A program made the position numbers and the translations under genes. The notes beneath the pieces are model-generated. The model made no database searches and was not told where the DNA came from. It saw only the letters and a program-made list of their open reading frames with translations. A stretch of DNA of 64,000 nt from Balanoglossus misakiensis (taxonomy: Eukaryota; Animalia; Hemichordata): the NCBI GenBank assembly GCA_040954595.2, contig CM082578.2:9843519-9907518 (forward strand). The letters run 5' to 3'. Shown here in pieces: positions 26,601 through 39,672 of this stretch (positions within the stretch are counted from its first letter, which is position 1; each line of letters starts with the position of its first letter).

Positions 26601-29600
26601 GAGCTATAACCCATGATTTTTATCAAAAATCGACGAAATTTCGAGATTTCGCAAAGTCGAAAAATTGTCATTTTTTGATGATTTTCATGAGCTATAACCC
26701 ATGATTTTTATCAAAAATCGACGAAATTTCGAGATTTCGCAAAGTCGAAAAATTGTCATTTTTTGATGATTTTCATGAGCTATAACCCATGATTTTTATC
26801 AAAAAATGAAGAAATTTGGAGATTTCGCAAAGTCGAAAAATTGTCATTTTTTGATGATTTTCATGAGCTATAACCCATGATTTTTATCAAAAATGGACGA
26901 AATTTCGAGATTTCGCAAAGTCGAAAAATTGTCATTTTTAGATGATTTTCATGAGCTATAACCCATGATTTTTATCAAAAATCGACGAAATTTCGAGATT
27001 TCGCAAAGTCGAAAAATTGTCATTTTTTGATGATTTTCATGAGCTATAACACATGATTTTTATCAAAAATCGACGAAATTTCGAGATTTCGCAAAGTCGA
27101 AAAATTGTCATTTTTTGATGATTTTCATGAGCTATAACCCATGATTTTTATCAAAAAATGAAGAAATTTGGAGATTTCGCAAAGTCGAAAAATTGTCATT
27201 TTTTGATGATTTTCATGAGCTATAACCCATGATTTTTATCAAAAATCGACGAAATTTCGAGATTTCGCAAAGTCGAAAAATTGTCATTTTTAGATGATTT
27301 TCATGAGCTATAACCCATGATTTTTATCAAAAATCGACGAAATTTCGAGATTTCGCAAAGTCGAAAAATTGTCATTTTTTGATGATTTTCATGAGCTATA
27401 ACACATGATTTTTATCAAAAATCGACGAAATTTCGAGATTTCGCAAAGTCGAAAAATTGTCATTTTTTGATGATTTTCATGAGCTATAACCCATGATTTT
27501 TATCAAAAAATGAAGAAATTTGGAGATTTCGCAAAGTCGAAAAATTGTCATTTTTTGATGATTTTCATGAGCTATAACCCATGATTTTTATCAAAAATCG
27601 ACGAAATTTCGAGTCGAAAAATTGTCATTTTTTGATGATTTTCATGAGCTATAACCCATGATTTTTATCAAAAATCGACGAAATTTCGAGATTTCGCAAA
27701 GTCGAAAAATTGTCATTTTTTGATGATTTTCATGAACTATAACCCATGATTTTTATCAAAAAATGAAGAAATTTGGGCATTTCTCAAAGTCGAAAAATTG
27801 TCATGTTTTGATGATTTTCATGAGCTATAACCCATGATTTTTATCAAAAAATGAAGAAATTTGGAGATTTCGCAAAGTCGAAAAATTGTCATTTTTTGAT
27901 GATTTTCATGAGCTATAACCCATGATTTTTATCAAAAAATGAAGAAATTTGGAGATTTCGCAAAGTCGAAAAATTGTCATTTTTTGATGATTTTCATGAG
28001 CTATAACCCATGATTTTTATCAAAAATCGACGAAATTTCGAGATTTCGCAAAGTCGAAAAATTGTCATTTTTAGATGATTTTCATGAGAGTATAACCCAT
28101 GATTTTTATCAAAAATCGACGAAATTTCGAGATTTCGCAAAGTCGAAAAATTGTCATTTTTTGATGATTTTCATGAGCTATAACCCATGATTTTTATCAA
28201 AAATCGACGAAATTTCGAGATTTCGCAAAGTCGAAAAATTGTCATTTTTTGATGATTTTCATGAGCTATAACCCATGATTTTTATCAAAAATCGACGAAA
28301 TTTCGAGATTTCGCAAAGTCGAAAAATTGTCATTTTTTGATGATTTTCATGAGCTATAACCCATGATTTTTATCAAAAATCGACGAAATTTCGAGATTTC
28401 GCAAAGTCGAAAAATTGTCATTTTTTGATGATTTTCATGAGCTATAACCCATGATTTTTATCAAAAAATGAAGAAATTTGGAGATTTCGCAAAGTCGAAA
28501 AATTGTCATTTTTTGATGATTTTCATGAGCTATAACCCATGATTTTTATCAAAAATGGACGAAATTTCGAGATTTCGCAAAGTCGAAAAATTGTCATTTT
28601 TTGATGATTTTCATGAGCTATAACCCATGATTTTTATCAAAAATGGACGAAATTTCGAGATTTCGCAAAGTCGAAAAATTGTCATTTTTTGATGATTTTC
28701 ATGAGCTATAACCCATGATTTTTATCAAAAATCGACGAAATTTCGAGATTTCGCAAAGTCGAAAAATTGTCATTTTTTGATGATTTTCATGAGCTATAAC
28801 CCATGATTTTTATCAAAAATGGACGAAATTTCGAGATTTCGCAAAGTCGAAAAATTGTCATTTTTAGATGATTTTCATGAGCTATAACCCATGATTTTTA
28901 TCAAAAATCGACGAAATTTCGAGATTTCGCAAAGTCGAAAAATTGTCATTTTTTGATGATTTTCATGAGCTATAACCCATGATTTTTATCAAAAAATGAA
29001 GAAATTTGGAGATTTCGCAAAGTCGAAAAATTGTCATTTTTTGATGATTTTCATGAGCTATAACCCATGATTTTTATCAAAAATCGACGAAATTTCGAGA
29101 TTTCGCAAAGTCGAAAAATTGTCATTTTTAGATGATTTTCATGAGCTATAACCCATGATTTTTATCAAAAATCGACGAAATTTCGAGATTTCGCAAAGTC
29201 GAAAAATTGTCATTTTTTGATGATTTTCATGAGCTATAACACATGATTTTTATCAAAAATCGACGAAATTTCGAGATTTCGCAAAGTCGAAAAATTGTCA
29301 TTTTTTGATGATTTTCATGAGCTATAACCCATGATTTTTATCAAAAAATGAAGAAATTTGGAGATTTCGCAAAGTCGAAAAATTGTCATTTTTTGATGAT
29401 TTTCATGAGCTATAACCCATGATTTTTATCAAAAATCGACGAAATTTCGAGTCGAAAAATAGTCATTTTTTGATGATTTTCATGAGCTATAACCCATGAT
29501 TTTTATCAAAAATCGACGAAATTTCGAGATTTCGCAAAGTCGAAAAATTGTCATTTTTTGATGATTTTCATGAACTATAACCCATGATTTTAATCAAAAA

Positions 29601-32600
29601 ATGAAGAAATTTGGGCATTTCTCAAAGTCGAAAAATTGTCATGTTTTGATGATTTTCATGAGCTATAACCCATGATTTTTATCAAAAATCGACGAAATTT
29701 CGAGATTTCGCAAAGTCGAAAAATTGTCATTTTTTGATGATTTCCATGAGCTATAACCCATGATTTTTATCAAAAATCGACGAAATTTCGAGATTTCGCA
29801 AAGTCGAAAAATTGTCATTTTTTGATGATTTTCATGAGCTATAACCCATGATTTTTATCAAAAATCGACGAAATTTCGAGATTTCGCAAAGTCGAAAAAT
29901 TGTCATTTTTTGATGATTTTCATGAGCTATAACCCATGATTTTTATCAAAAATCGACGAAATTTCGAGATTTCGCAAAGTCGAAAAATTGTCATTTTTTG
30001 ATGATTTTCATGAGCTATAACCCATGATTTTTATCAAAAAATGAAGAAATTTGGAGATTTCGCAAAGTCGAAAAATTGTCATTTTTTGATGATTTTCATG
30101 AGCTATAACCCATGATTTTTATCAAAAATCGACGAAATTTCGAGATTTCGCAAAGTCGAAAAATTGTCATTTTTTGATGATTTTCATGAGCTATAACCCA
30201 TGATTTTTATCAAAAATCGACGAAATTTCGAGATTTCGCAAAGTCGAAAAATTGTCATTTTTTGATGATTTTCATGAGCTATAACCCATGATTTTTATCA
30301 AAAATCGACGAAATTTCGAGATTTCGCAAAGTCGAAAAATTGTCATTTTTTGATGATTTTCATGAGCTATAACCCATGATTTTTATCAAAAATCGACGAA
30401 ATTTCGAGATTTCGCAAAGTCGAAAAATTGTCATTTTTTGATGATTTTCATGAGCTATAACCCATGATTTTTATCAAAAAATGAAGAAATTTGGAGATTT
30501 CGCAAAGTCGAAAAATTGTCATTTTTTGATGATTTTCATGAGCTATAACCCATGATTTTTATCAAAAATGGACGAAATTTCGAGATTTCGCAAAGTCGAA
30601 AAATTGTCATTTTTTGATGATTTTCATGAGCTATAACCCATGATTTTTATCAAAAAATGAAGAAATTTGGTGATTTCGCAAAGTCGAAAAATTGTCATTT
30701 TTTGATGATTTTCATGAGCTATAACCCATGATTTTTATCAAAAATCGACGAAATTTCGAGATTTCGCAAAGTCGAAAAATTGTCATTTTTAGATGATTTT
30801 CATGAGCTATAACCCATGATTTTTATCAAAAATCGACGAAATTTCGAGATTTCGCAAAGTCGAAAAATTGTCATTTTTTGTTGATTTTCATGAGCTATAA
30901 CCCATGATTTTTATCAAAAAATGAAGAAATTTGGAGATTTCGCAAAGTCGAAAAATTGTCATTTTTTGATGATTTTCATGAGCTATAACCCATGATTTTT
31001 ATCAAAAAATGAAGAAATTTCGAGATTTCGCAAAGTCGAAAAATTGTCATTTTTTGATGATTTTCATGAGCTATAACACATGATTTTTATCAAAAATCGA
31101 CGAAATTTGGAGATTTCGCAAAGTCGAAAAATTGTCATTTTTTGATGATTTTCATGAGCTATAACCCATGATTTTTATCAAAAATCGACGAAATTTCGAG
31201 TCGAAAAATTGTCATTTTTTGATGATTTTCATGAGCTATAACCCATGATTTTTATCAAAAATCGACGAAATTTCGAGATTTCGCAAAGTCGAAAAATTGT
31301 CATTTTTTGATGATTTTCATGAGCTATAACCCATGATTTTTATCAAAAATGGACGAAATTTCGAGATTTCGCAAAGTCGAAAAATTGTCATTTTTTGATG
31401 ATTTTCATGAGCTATAACCCATGATTTTTATCAAAAAATGAAGAAATTTGGTGATTTCGCAAAGTCGAAAAATTGTCATTTTTTGATGATTTTCATGAGC
31501 TATAACCCATGATTTTTATCAAAAATCGACGAAATTTCGAGATTTCGCAAAGTCGAAAAATTGTCATTTTTAGATGATTTTCATGAGCTATAACCCATGA
31601 TTTTTATCAAAAATCAACGAAATTTCGAGATTTCGCAAAGTCGAAAAATTGTCATTTTTTGATGATTTTCATGAGCTATAACACATGATTTTTATCAAAA
31701 ATCGACGAAATTTCGAGATTTCGCAAAGTCGAAAAATTGTCATTTTTTGATGATTTTCATGAGCTATAACCCATGATTTTTATCAAAAAATGAAGAAATT
31801 TGGAGATTTCGCAAAGTCGAAAAATTGTCATTTTTTGATGATTTTCATGAGCTATAACCCATGATTTTTATCAAAAATCGACGAAATTTCGAGTCGAAAA
31901 ATTGTCATTTTTTGATGATTTTCATGAGCTATAACCCATGATTTTTATCAAAAAATGAAGAAATTTGGAGATTTCGCAAAGTCGAAAAATTGTCATTTTT
32001 TGATGATTTTCATGAGCTATAACCCATGATTTTTATCAAAAATCGACGAAATTTCGAGTCGAAAAATTGTCATTTTTTGATGATTTTCATGAGCTATAAC
32101 CCATGATTTTTATCAAAAATCGACGAAATTTCGAGATTTCGCAAAGTCGAAAAATTGTCATTTTTTGATGATTTCCATGAGCTATAACCCATGATTTTTA
32201 TCAAAAATCGACGAAATTTCGAGATTTCGCAAAGTCGAAAAATTGTCATTTTTTGATGATTTTCATGAGCTATAACCCATGATTTTTATCAATAAATGAA
32301 GAAATTTGGAGATTTCGCAAAGTCGAAAAATTGTCATTTTTTGATGATTTTCATGAGCTATAACCCATGATTTTTATCAAAAAATGAAGAAATTTGGACA
32401 TTTCGCAAAGTCGAAAAATTGTCATTTTTTGATGATTTTCATGAGCTATAACCTATGATTTTTATCAGAAAATGAAGAAATTTGGAGATTTCGCAAAGTC
32501 GAAAAATTGTCACTTTTTGATGATTTCCATGAGCTATAAGCCATGATTTTTATCAAAAATCGACGAAATTTCGAGATTTCGCAAAGTCGAAAAATTGTCA

Positions 32601-33360
32601 TTTTTTGATGATTTTCATGAGCTATAACCCATGATTTTTATCAAAAATCGACGAAATTTCGAGTCGAAAAATTGTCATTTTTTGATGATTTTCATGAGCT
32701 ATAACCCATGATTTTTATCAAAAATCGACGAAATTTCGAGATTTCGCAAAGTCGAAAAATTGTCATTTTTTGATGATTTTCATGAGCTATAACCCATGAT
32801 TTTTATTAATAAATGAAGAAATTTGGAGATTTCGCAAAGTCGAAAAATTGTCATTTTTTGATGATTTTCATGAGCTATAACCCATGATTTTTATCAAAAA
32901 TCGACGAAATTTGGAGATTTCGCAAAGTCGAAAAATTGTCATTTTTTGATGATTTTCATGAGCTATAACCCATGATTTTTATCAATAAATGAAGAAATTT
33001 GTAGATTTCGCAAAGTCGAAAAATTGTCATTTTTTGATGATTTTCATGAGCTAGAACCCATGATTTTTATCAAAAATCGACGAAATTTCGAGATTTCGCA
33101 AAGTCGAAAAATTGTAATTTTTTGATGATTTTCATGAGCTATAACCCATGATTTTTATCAGAAAATGAAGAAATTTGGAGATTTCGCAAAGTCGAAAAAT
33201 TTTCATTTTTTGATAATTTCCATGAGCTATAACCCATGATTTTTATCAAAAATCGACGAAATTTCGAGATTTTGCAAAGTCGAAAAATTGTCATTTTTTG
33301 ATGATTTCTATGAGCTATAACCCATGAATTTTATCAAAAATCGACGAAATTTCTAGATTT
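17688..33360 (+). repeat. 88-bp tandem satellite, ~178 monomers, with higher-order blocks
   Basis: Consensus atttcgcaaagtcgaaaaattgtcattttttgatgattttcatgagctataacccatgatttttatcaaaaatcgacgaaatttcgag; period 88 (e.g. 19561 to 19649). Copy number is estimated from length. Confidence 0.98.
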
Positions 33361-34477
33361 CAAAAAATGACAATTTTTCGACTTTGCAAAATCTCGAAAT
33401 TTCGTCGATTTTTGATAAAAATCATGGGTTATAGCTCATGAAAATCATCAAAAAATGACAATTTTTCGACTTTGCGAAATCTCGAAATTTCGTCGATTTT
33501 TGATAAAAATCATGGGTTATAGCTCATGAAAATCATCAAAAAATTACAATTTTTCGACTTTGCGAAATCTCCAAATTTCTTCATTTTTTGATAAAAATCA
33601 TGGGTTATAGCTCATGAAAATCATCCAAAAATGACAATTTTTCGACTTTGCGAAAGTTCAAAATCTCTTCATTTTTTGAACAAAATCATGGGTTTTAGCT
33701 CATGAAAATCATCCAAAATGACAATTTTTCGGCTTTGCGAAAGTTCAAAATCTCTTCATTTTTTGAAAAAAATCATTGGTTATAGCTCATGGAAATCATC
33801 CAAAAATGACAATTTTTCGACTTTGCAAAAGTTCAAAATTTCTTCATTTTTTGAAAAAAATCATGGGTTATACATGTAGCTCATGAAAATCATCCAAAAA
33901 TGACAATTTTTCGACTTTGCGAAAGTTCAAAATTTCTTCATTTTTTGAAAAAATTCATGGGTTATAGCTCATGAAAATCATCCAAAAATGACAATTTTTC
34001 GACTTTGCGAAATCTCGAAACTTCGTCGATTTTTGATAATAATCATGGGTTCTAGCTCACAAAAATCATCAAAAAATGACAATTTTTCGACTTTGCGAAA
34101 TCTCCAAGTTTTTTCATTTTTTGATAAAAATCATGGTTTATAGATCATGAAAATCATAAAAAAATGACAATTTTTCGACTTTGCGAAATCTCGAAATTAC
34201 GTCGATTTTTGAAAAAAAAACAGGTTATAGCTCATGAAAATTGTCGAAAAATGACAAATTTTCGACCTTGCGAAATTTGGTGATTTTGTCATTTTTAGAC
34301 GTTTTTCATGGGTTATAGCTCATGAAAATTGTCAAAAAATGACAGTTTTCCGACCTTGCGAAATTTGGTAATTTTGTCATTTTGAGACGTTTTTCATGGG
34401 TTATAGCTCCTGAAAATTGTGAAAAATGAGAATTTCCGACTTTGCGAACTTTGGTGATTTTGTCATTTTGAGACGTT
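33361..34477 (-). repeat. Same 88-bp satellite in inverted orientation, ~13 monomers
   Basis: Abrupt switch ...ttctagattt|caaaaaatgacaatttttcgac... at ~33360; ends with the same divergent edge monomers (gagacgtt) as the left boundary. Confidence 0.97.
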
Positions 34478-35049
34478 AATGATGAATATTATGGCGCCAT
34501 CAGCGACGTACGTCATGGCCCTCCCCCGCCCTTCGCTTCCTGTGCAGCTCAGACACTTGGATGCATTGCGGGGGAGGCGGGACCAGATTGAATATCAAGT
34601 CGGGACAATTTTTTTTTTTTTTAAGTGGCGTTCATACTGTGGTATTGCTATAGCTAAAGTTTAGGGGACACGGTTTGCAAACTTAGCAATCAATTTACAT
34701 GTTTAGTTTTGGTGCAGACTTTTCATTTGTGGCAACTTTCGACATACTGTTGAACGTTTTAGCAAATATAGAAAACGGATCAAACTTCCAGAATTTTTGA
34801 TACTTTTGAATTTCCTGAGCGTCAGTAGGAAGCAAAGAGGAAGGTCTAAGTTGCCAAGGCCAATTACGGGAACAGAGTTAGTTTGCCAAAATTGTGACTA
34901 CTTTTCATCTTCTTTTCATATGTCAGTACATGTATCTATAATGGTTGTAAACCTGACGCTTTTTGAGTTTTAATGGGACAATCGAGTTTGCTACAAATTA
35001 ACGGGTCGACCTTTGACTTTACCCGTTTCAATTATCTCAACATCAAGGC

Positions 35050-38000
35050 AGTGTTGGGGTAATAAAATGATACAGACACAAGTATTTCAGTTTAATCTTG
35101 TCCATTGAAAATTTTAATCTCAAACAAGAAGATACATGTCTACAGTGTTATCTGTAGACTTACAATATGAAAAAGGAAAGAAAATCAATGAGTTGTAATT
35201 TACAAAATCATGCCAAAATTTCCAACCATAGCATTGCATCAGCTTGGTTAACATCAATGGAAATACTATTGTCATTAGATGTTAGGTGGTCACTGCAGAC
35301 TGCCAGTAACAGTTACAGCTGCATCGCGGTAAATGGACACTTCGTCCTAAGCTTGGTTGCCGGATACCCATCTGGTATTTGAATCTGCAAAACAAGAAAT
35401 GTAAAAATGACTGTCTTTAATATTCATGAACATGAAACAAAGCCACTGTACAGCCAATTGTTGTTCATTCGCAGAAGGTATTCATGCAAATCTGTATGGC
35501 TGCCTGGAATTTCACTCTATTTGGCAACTTGATTCAACTCTACTGCAACAACGATAGAGATCTGCCCATATAAGCTTATAATTGCATTTAGTTGAACCGA
35601 CAACTCCTGGACATCGTGAACAAATACACCCCACCCCTACCCATGTATTGTCTAAGTCATTGCTTCAATTTTCTTTCCCACAATTCTTACCTTCCCACAA
35701 CCATACGGTAATCTCTGGACATCAATCACGCAGGCTGGCAATCATCTTGGCATCATCTATGGAATCTCTGGAATAAATGAAAAGTATGTAAAAGATGGCT
35801 GACATGTTTGTGCCATAACAAAATGGCCACACCTTGCATCTAGCAGTCAGGTCGATTTTAAAACATCCACATATTTTACCGGTTCCATATTGTTACATGC
35901 AGGTTTGTGAAAAATCGGTTCGCTCGACTGGGAAACGGCATCAGTCTGAATCGAAAAAAAAATCAAAATGGCCTCCATGCATGAAAAGAGGGGCTCTGAT
36001 GTCTATATCGCTTGTCAAACCTGAAACCTCTGGTCTTCGTTCAGCCATTGACGATACTGCCCTTACCGCATCGGCCAGCTGTACTGCTGTATGGCGACAA
36101 AACTAGTAGCTTAGGCCCCAGCTTTGTTGATGAATACTATTATGAGTTGATCTCGTCTCTGGATCTGCAAAACAAGGAAATGAAGTGAATGTATGTAATA
36201 ATCATGATCGTTCAGTCATGGAACATACCTGCCCTTACCTCACCCAGCTATACCGCTGCATGGCGAAAAAACCCTGGTCTCTGCATCTGCAAAACAAGCA
36301 AATGAAAGTGAATATTCATGAACACGAAGGAAACATCTACCGCGATCACTGTACCACAAAGACGAATGCCAGGTTGTACTAGATGCAAAATAAACCACTC
36401 GGGTTATACTAGTACGTTTCGATAACGTTTTATTGATTGCAGTTGTGGTAAATGGGTAAAGATTAAAAATCTCAACAATAAAAATGAAAGTAAATAACTT
36501 ATTTTACCATAAAACAGGCTAACGGAGACATACGTGTACGTTTTTAATATTTTATTGAAAAATGACGAAAGGTCACAAATCTGACAAAACCTATGTTAAC
36601 TACTACGCACGCTCGAAGATGATCGGTACGGAAATAAACCACTCAGTTTATCTGTACAACGTGCATTTTTTAAATATATTTTTTTATTGAAAAATGACGA
36701 AAGATCACAAATCTGACAAAACCTATATTAACTACTACGCACGCTCGAAGATGATCGGTACGGAAATAAACCACTCAGTTTATCAGTACAACGTGTATGT
36801 TTTTAATATATTTTTTTATTGAAAAATGACGAAAGATCACAAATCTGACAAAACCTATGTTAACTACTACGCACGCTCGAAGATGATCGGTACGGAAATA
36901 AACCACTCAGTTTATCTGTACAACGTGCATTTTTTAAATATATTTTTTATTGAAAAATGACGAAAGATCACAAATCTTACAAAACCTATATTAACTACTA
37001 CGCACGCTGGAAGATGATCGGTACGGAAATAAACCACTCAGTTTATCAGTACAACGTGTATGTTTTTAATATATTTTTTTATTGAAAAATGACGAAAGAT
37101 CACAATTCTGACAAAACCTATGTTAACTACTACGCACGCTCGAAGATGGTCGGTACGGAAATAAACCACTCAGTTTATCTGTACAACGTGCATTTTTTAA
37201 ATATATTTTTTTATTGAAAAATGACGAAAGATCACAAATCTTACAAAACCTATATTAACTACTACGCACGCTGGAAGATGATCGGTACGGAAATAAACCA
37301 CTCAGTTTATCAGTACAACGTGTATGTTTTTAATATATTTTTTTATTGAAAAATGACGAAAGATCACAATTCTGACAAAACCTATGTTAACTACTACGCA
37401 CGCTCGAAGATGATCGGTACGGAAATAAACCACTCAGTTTATCTGTACAACGTGCATTTTTTAAATATATTTTTTTATTGAAAAATGACGAAAGATCACA
37501 AATCTGACAAAACCTATATTAACTACTACGCACGCTCGAAGATGATCGGTACGGAAATAAACCACTCAGTTCATCAGTACAACGTGCATTTTTTTTTATT
37601 GAAAAATGACGAAAGATTACAATTCTGAAAAAACGCGTATTAATTATATTAAACCAACGGTCTAAGGGATGGGACCCACCCGCACCGGGGATTTTATTTA
37701 TGTCTATATCACTCACTTGTTCTGGAACCTCAGATAATCCGCTGGTCTTCATTCAGCCATGGAACATACAAACGCTCACCTCATTGTAGTCTAGATGCAT
37801 GGCCCAAATATACCGTACAACTTACCGTGACACACACGTGCGCACACACACACTCACAACAACGAGCACCTTTCGAAGCATTCAAAGCCGATGAACTTGT
37901 TGGTGCCGTAACAAAAATGACCCATGCACCGAGCATGTAGTCATGTTGGTTTTAAAACTGTAATGACATCCACATATGGCATCCGTATTGTTGCATTCTT

Positions 38001-39075
38001 CGGATTTGTGCAAAATCGGTTCGCTGAACTGGCTACCGGCACCAGTCAGAATCGTTGAAAGTTCTTAAAAATTGCCCAAAAAACTTGGCTGATACCGCTT
38101 ACTCTGACATCATGCTTGTAACATCATAGCATCCACGTTGAACGTACACCATCAGTTCACCGGGGCCTCCGATCTGCAAAATGAGAAAAAAAATGAATGC
38201 CTTTCCATGTACACAAAACCAAATATCAACCGTGATTACCGTACGCTAAACTGTTGTTCATTCGCATATTGTACACGACGACAATATGTGTTGTAGGGCT
38301 TCGTTGTCAGACAAGTAGTCTAAAACGCCCGCATGGCACTATGAACATTTACATATTTTCAAGTTTAGGCCTACAGCCAAGCGGAACATTGTACAATCCG
38401 ACAACAATATTTTTGGCAAAGACTGCACGGACACACAAAAATAACTGTTTCTAATGAAGCGTTTCAAAACCTACTCAGTACTTTTGCCATTGTCTGGTAG
38501 TAGAATACAAAATTTGCATTCATTTACACCCGAAAACACGCTGGCTGCACGTGTACCCGCTGTAGCTGTCAATTCATCGAACCCGCCACCAATTCATCGT
38601 AGCCCCCCTCCCCTTTCCCGAAAAACTACCTTGTTTTTTATGGGGAAAAATGCCGCCCACCAGTAGAGCTAAAACACCGACTTGTCTTAATTTGATAGAC
38701 CGTATATCATTAGTAACGCGAAAGGGTGCGGGAATTTGTGAATTAAAAAGCAGGGCAGCGCTGACTCGAGCTGTCCGACTGTGACGCATCCAATTTTTCA
38801 ATTCTGTTGTGAAAACGTCTGGCTTTCAGTTGTCCGTAACTCGCCACAGAATAACCCATGCTTCTGGTCAAAAATTGAGTAAATGTGTCTACTTCTGTTA
38901 CTTTACTTACCGCTGTCGTCATGAAAACTATCCAGCGGAGAAACTCTGTTTGGGGGGCAGAGTTCTCCGCATCTTCTCGTGGTCCGTGCAGCAGCGTGGC
39001 CGTCTGACTCTCTTGTGAAAATGCACGGAAGGCTAGACGGAAATTTCCAAGTGGAGATGGTCCAGGTGGCTCCAA
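35050..39075 (-). ncRNA. Mirror copy of the putative spliced non-coding transcript, divergent from CDK20; ends approximate
   Basis: Same splice signals on the minus strand (e.g. first donor acttac at 38905-38910). Confidence 0.45.
36530..37640 (-). repeat. 132-bp minisatellite, ~8 copies (right arm)
   Basis: gtacaacgtg recurs eight times between ~36654 and ~37577. Confidence 0.95.
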
Positions 39076-39133
39076 CCAATCAGCAGCGAACGCTTTGCAT
39101 TGTCACGTCTCAAGTCACGTCACGTCACGTGAC
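39076..39133 (+). promoter_or_regulatory. CCAAT box and tandem E-box/CRE-like (GTCACGTCACGTCACGTGAC) cluster; likely CDK20 or bidirectional promoter
   Basis: ccaatcagc at 39076 and gtcacgtgac at 39124. Candidate 5' UTR exons of CDK20 follow immediately (donor 39220; exon 39297-39438; acceptor 39622). Confidence 0.5.
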
Positions 39134-39672
39134 CCGCATCAAAAGTGCGTTTTTACTTACGCGGTTCGGTATTCTTATGCTGTCGCCCACAGCAAAGAAA
39201 ACCGTACCGTGTCTGTGGTGTAAGTAAAAGACGTCGCCGTTCCCTACATCTGATTTTAATCAGCCTGAGTACTGACTGTTCTACCTTTTCTTGTAGCACA
39301 GCGCAGCCAGCGGCCAACATGGGACAGGAGCGACCAGCAGGCTGAATCAGGCGCATGCGTGATAACCTCATAACCTTTCCGGAAATAAAATATTTCAGAA
39401 GGGAAATAACAACATAGCGACGGTTGTGGAGTGATCAGGTAAGCGAGAAAATGAGTGATGTTTTGAAGTTGATTGTCAGGTCGTCAAAACATTAACCGCT
39501 CAGATTTCAGTCCACGGGTGTCTGTGGAGTGTGGGACCCGCGATCTGTTTCACTGTTGTTTTGTGTTCGGTGGACATGGCTTTTCCAGGTGACTGATACA
39601 ATGTGTGGTGTTTTGTTTACAGATCTCGCGGACCAACTATGACAAGGCAGAGGTAACACACACCGACCTGCC

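Larger units (their letters stand above)
13269..39146. mobile_element. Giant foldback-like structure or inverted duplication (~25.9 kb) with an internal satellite array
   Basis: The sequence starting at 13269 (acttttgatgcgggtcacgtgacgtgac...) is the reverse complement of the sequence ending at 39146 (...gtcacgtgacccgcatcaaaagt). Identity continues inward to the satellite, and mirrored ORF pairs appear in the ORF track (13335+/38743-, 13955-/38254+, 16046-/35834+). No target-site duplication or transposase is seen, so the mobile-element label is tentative while the inverted repeat itself is certain. Confidence 0.55.
34478..39146 (-). repeat. Right arm of long inverted repeat (~4.7 kb)
   Basis: Reverse complement of 13269-17687, longer mainly by two extra 132-bp units. 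Confidence 0.97.

Noticed and set aside
17688-34477. CRISPR-like array
   Set aside because: Contiguous near-identical monomers with no unique spacers, no cas genes, and a eukaryotic intron-containing context.
13240-39170. Target-site duplication flanking the palindrome
   Set aside because: The flanks (...cgtaactgtgtcaga and gcgtttttacttac...) share no direct repeat that I can see.
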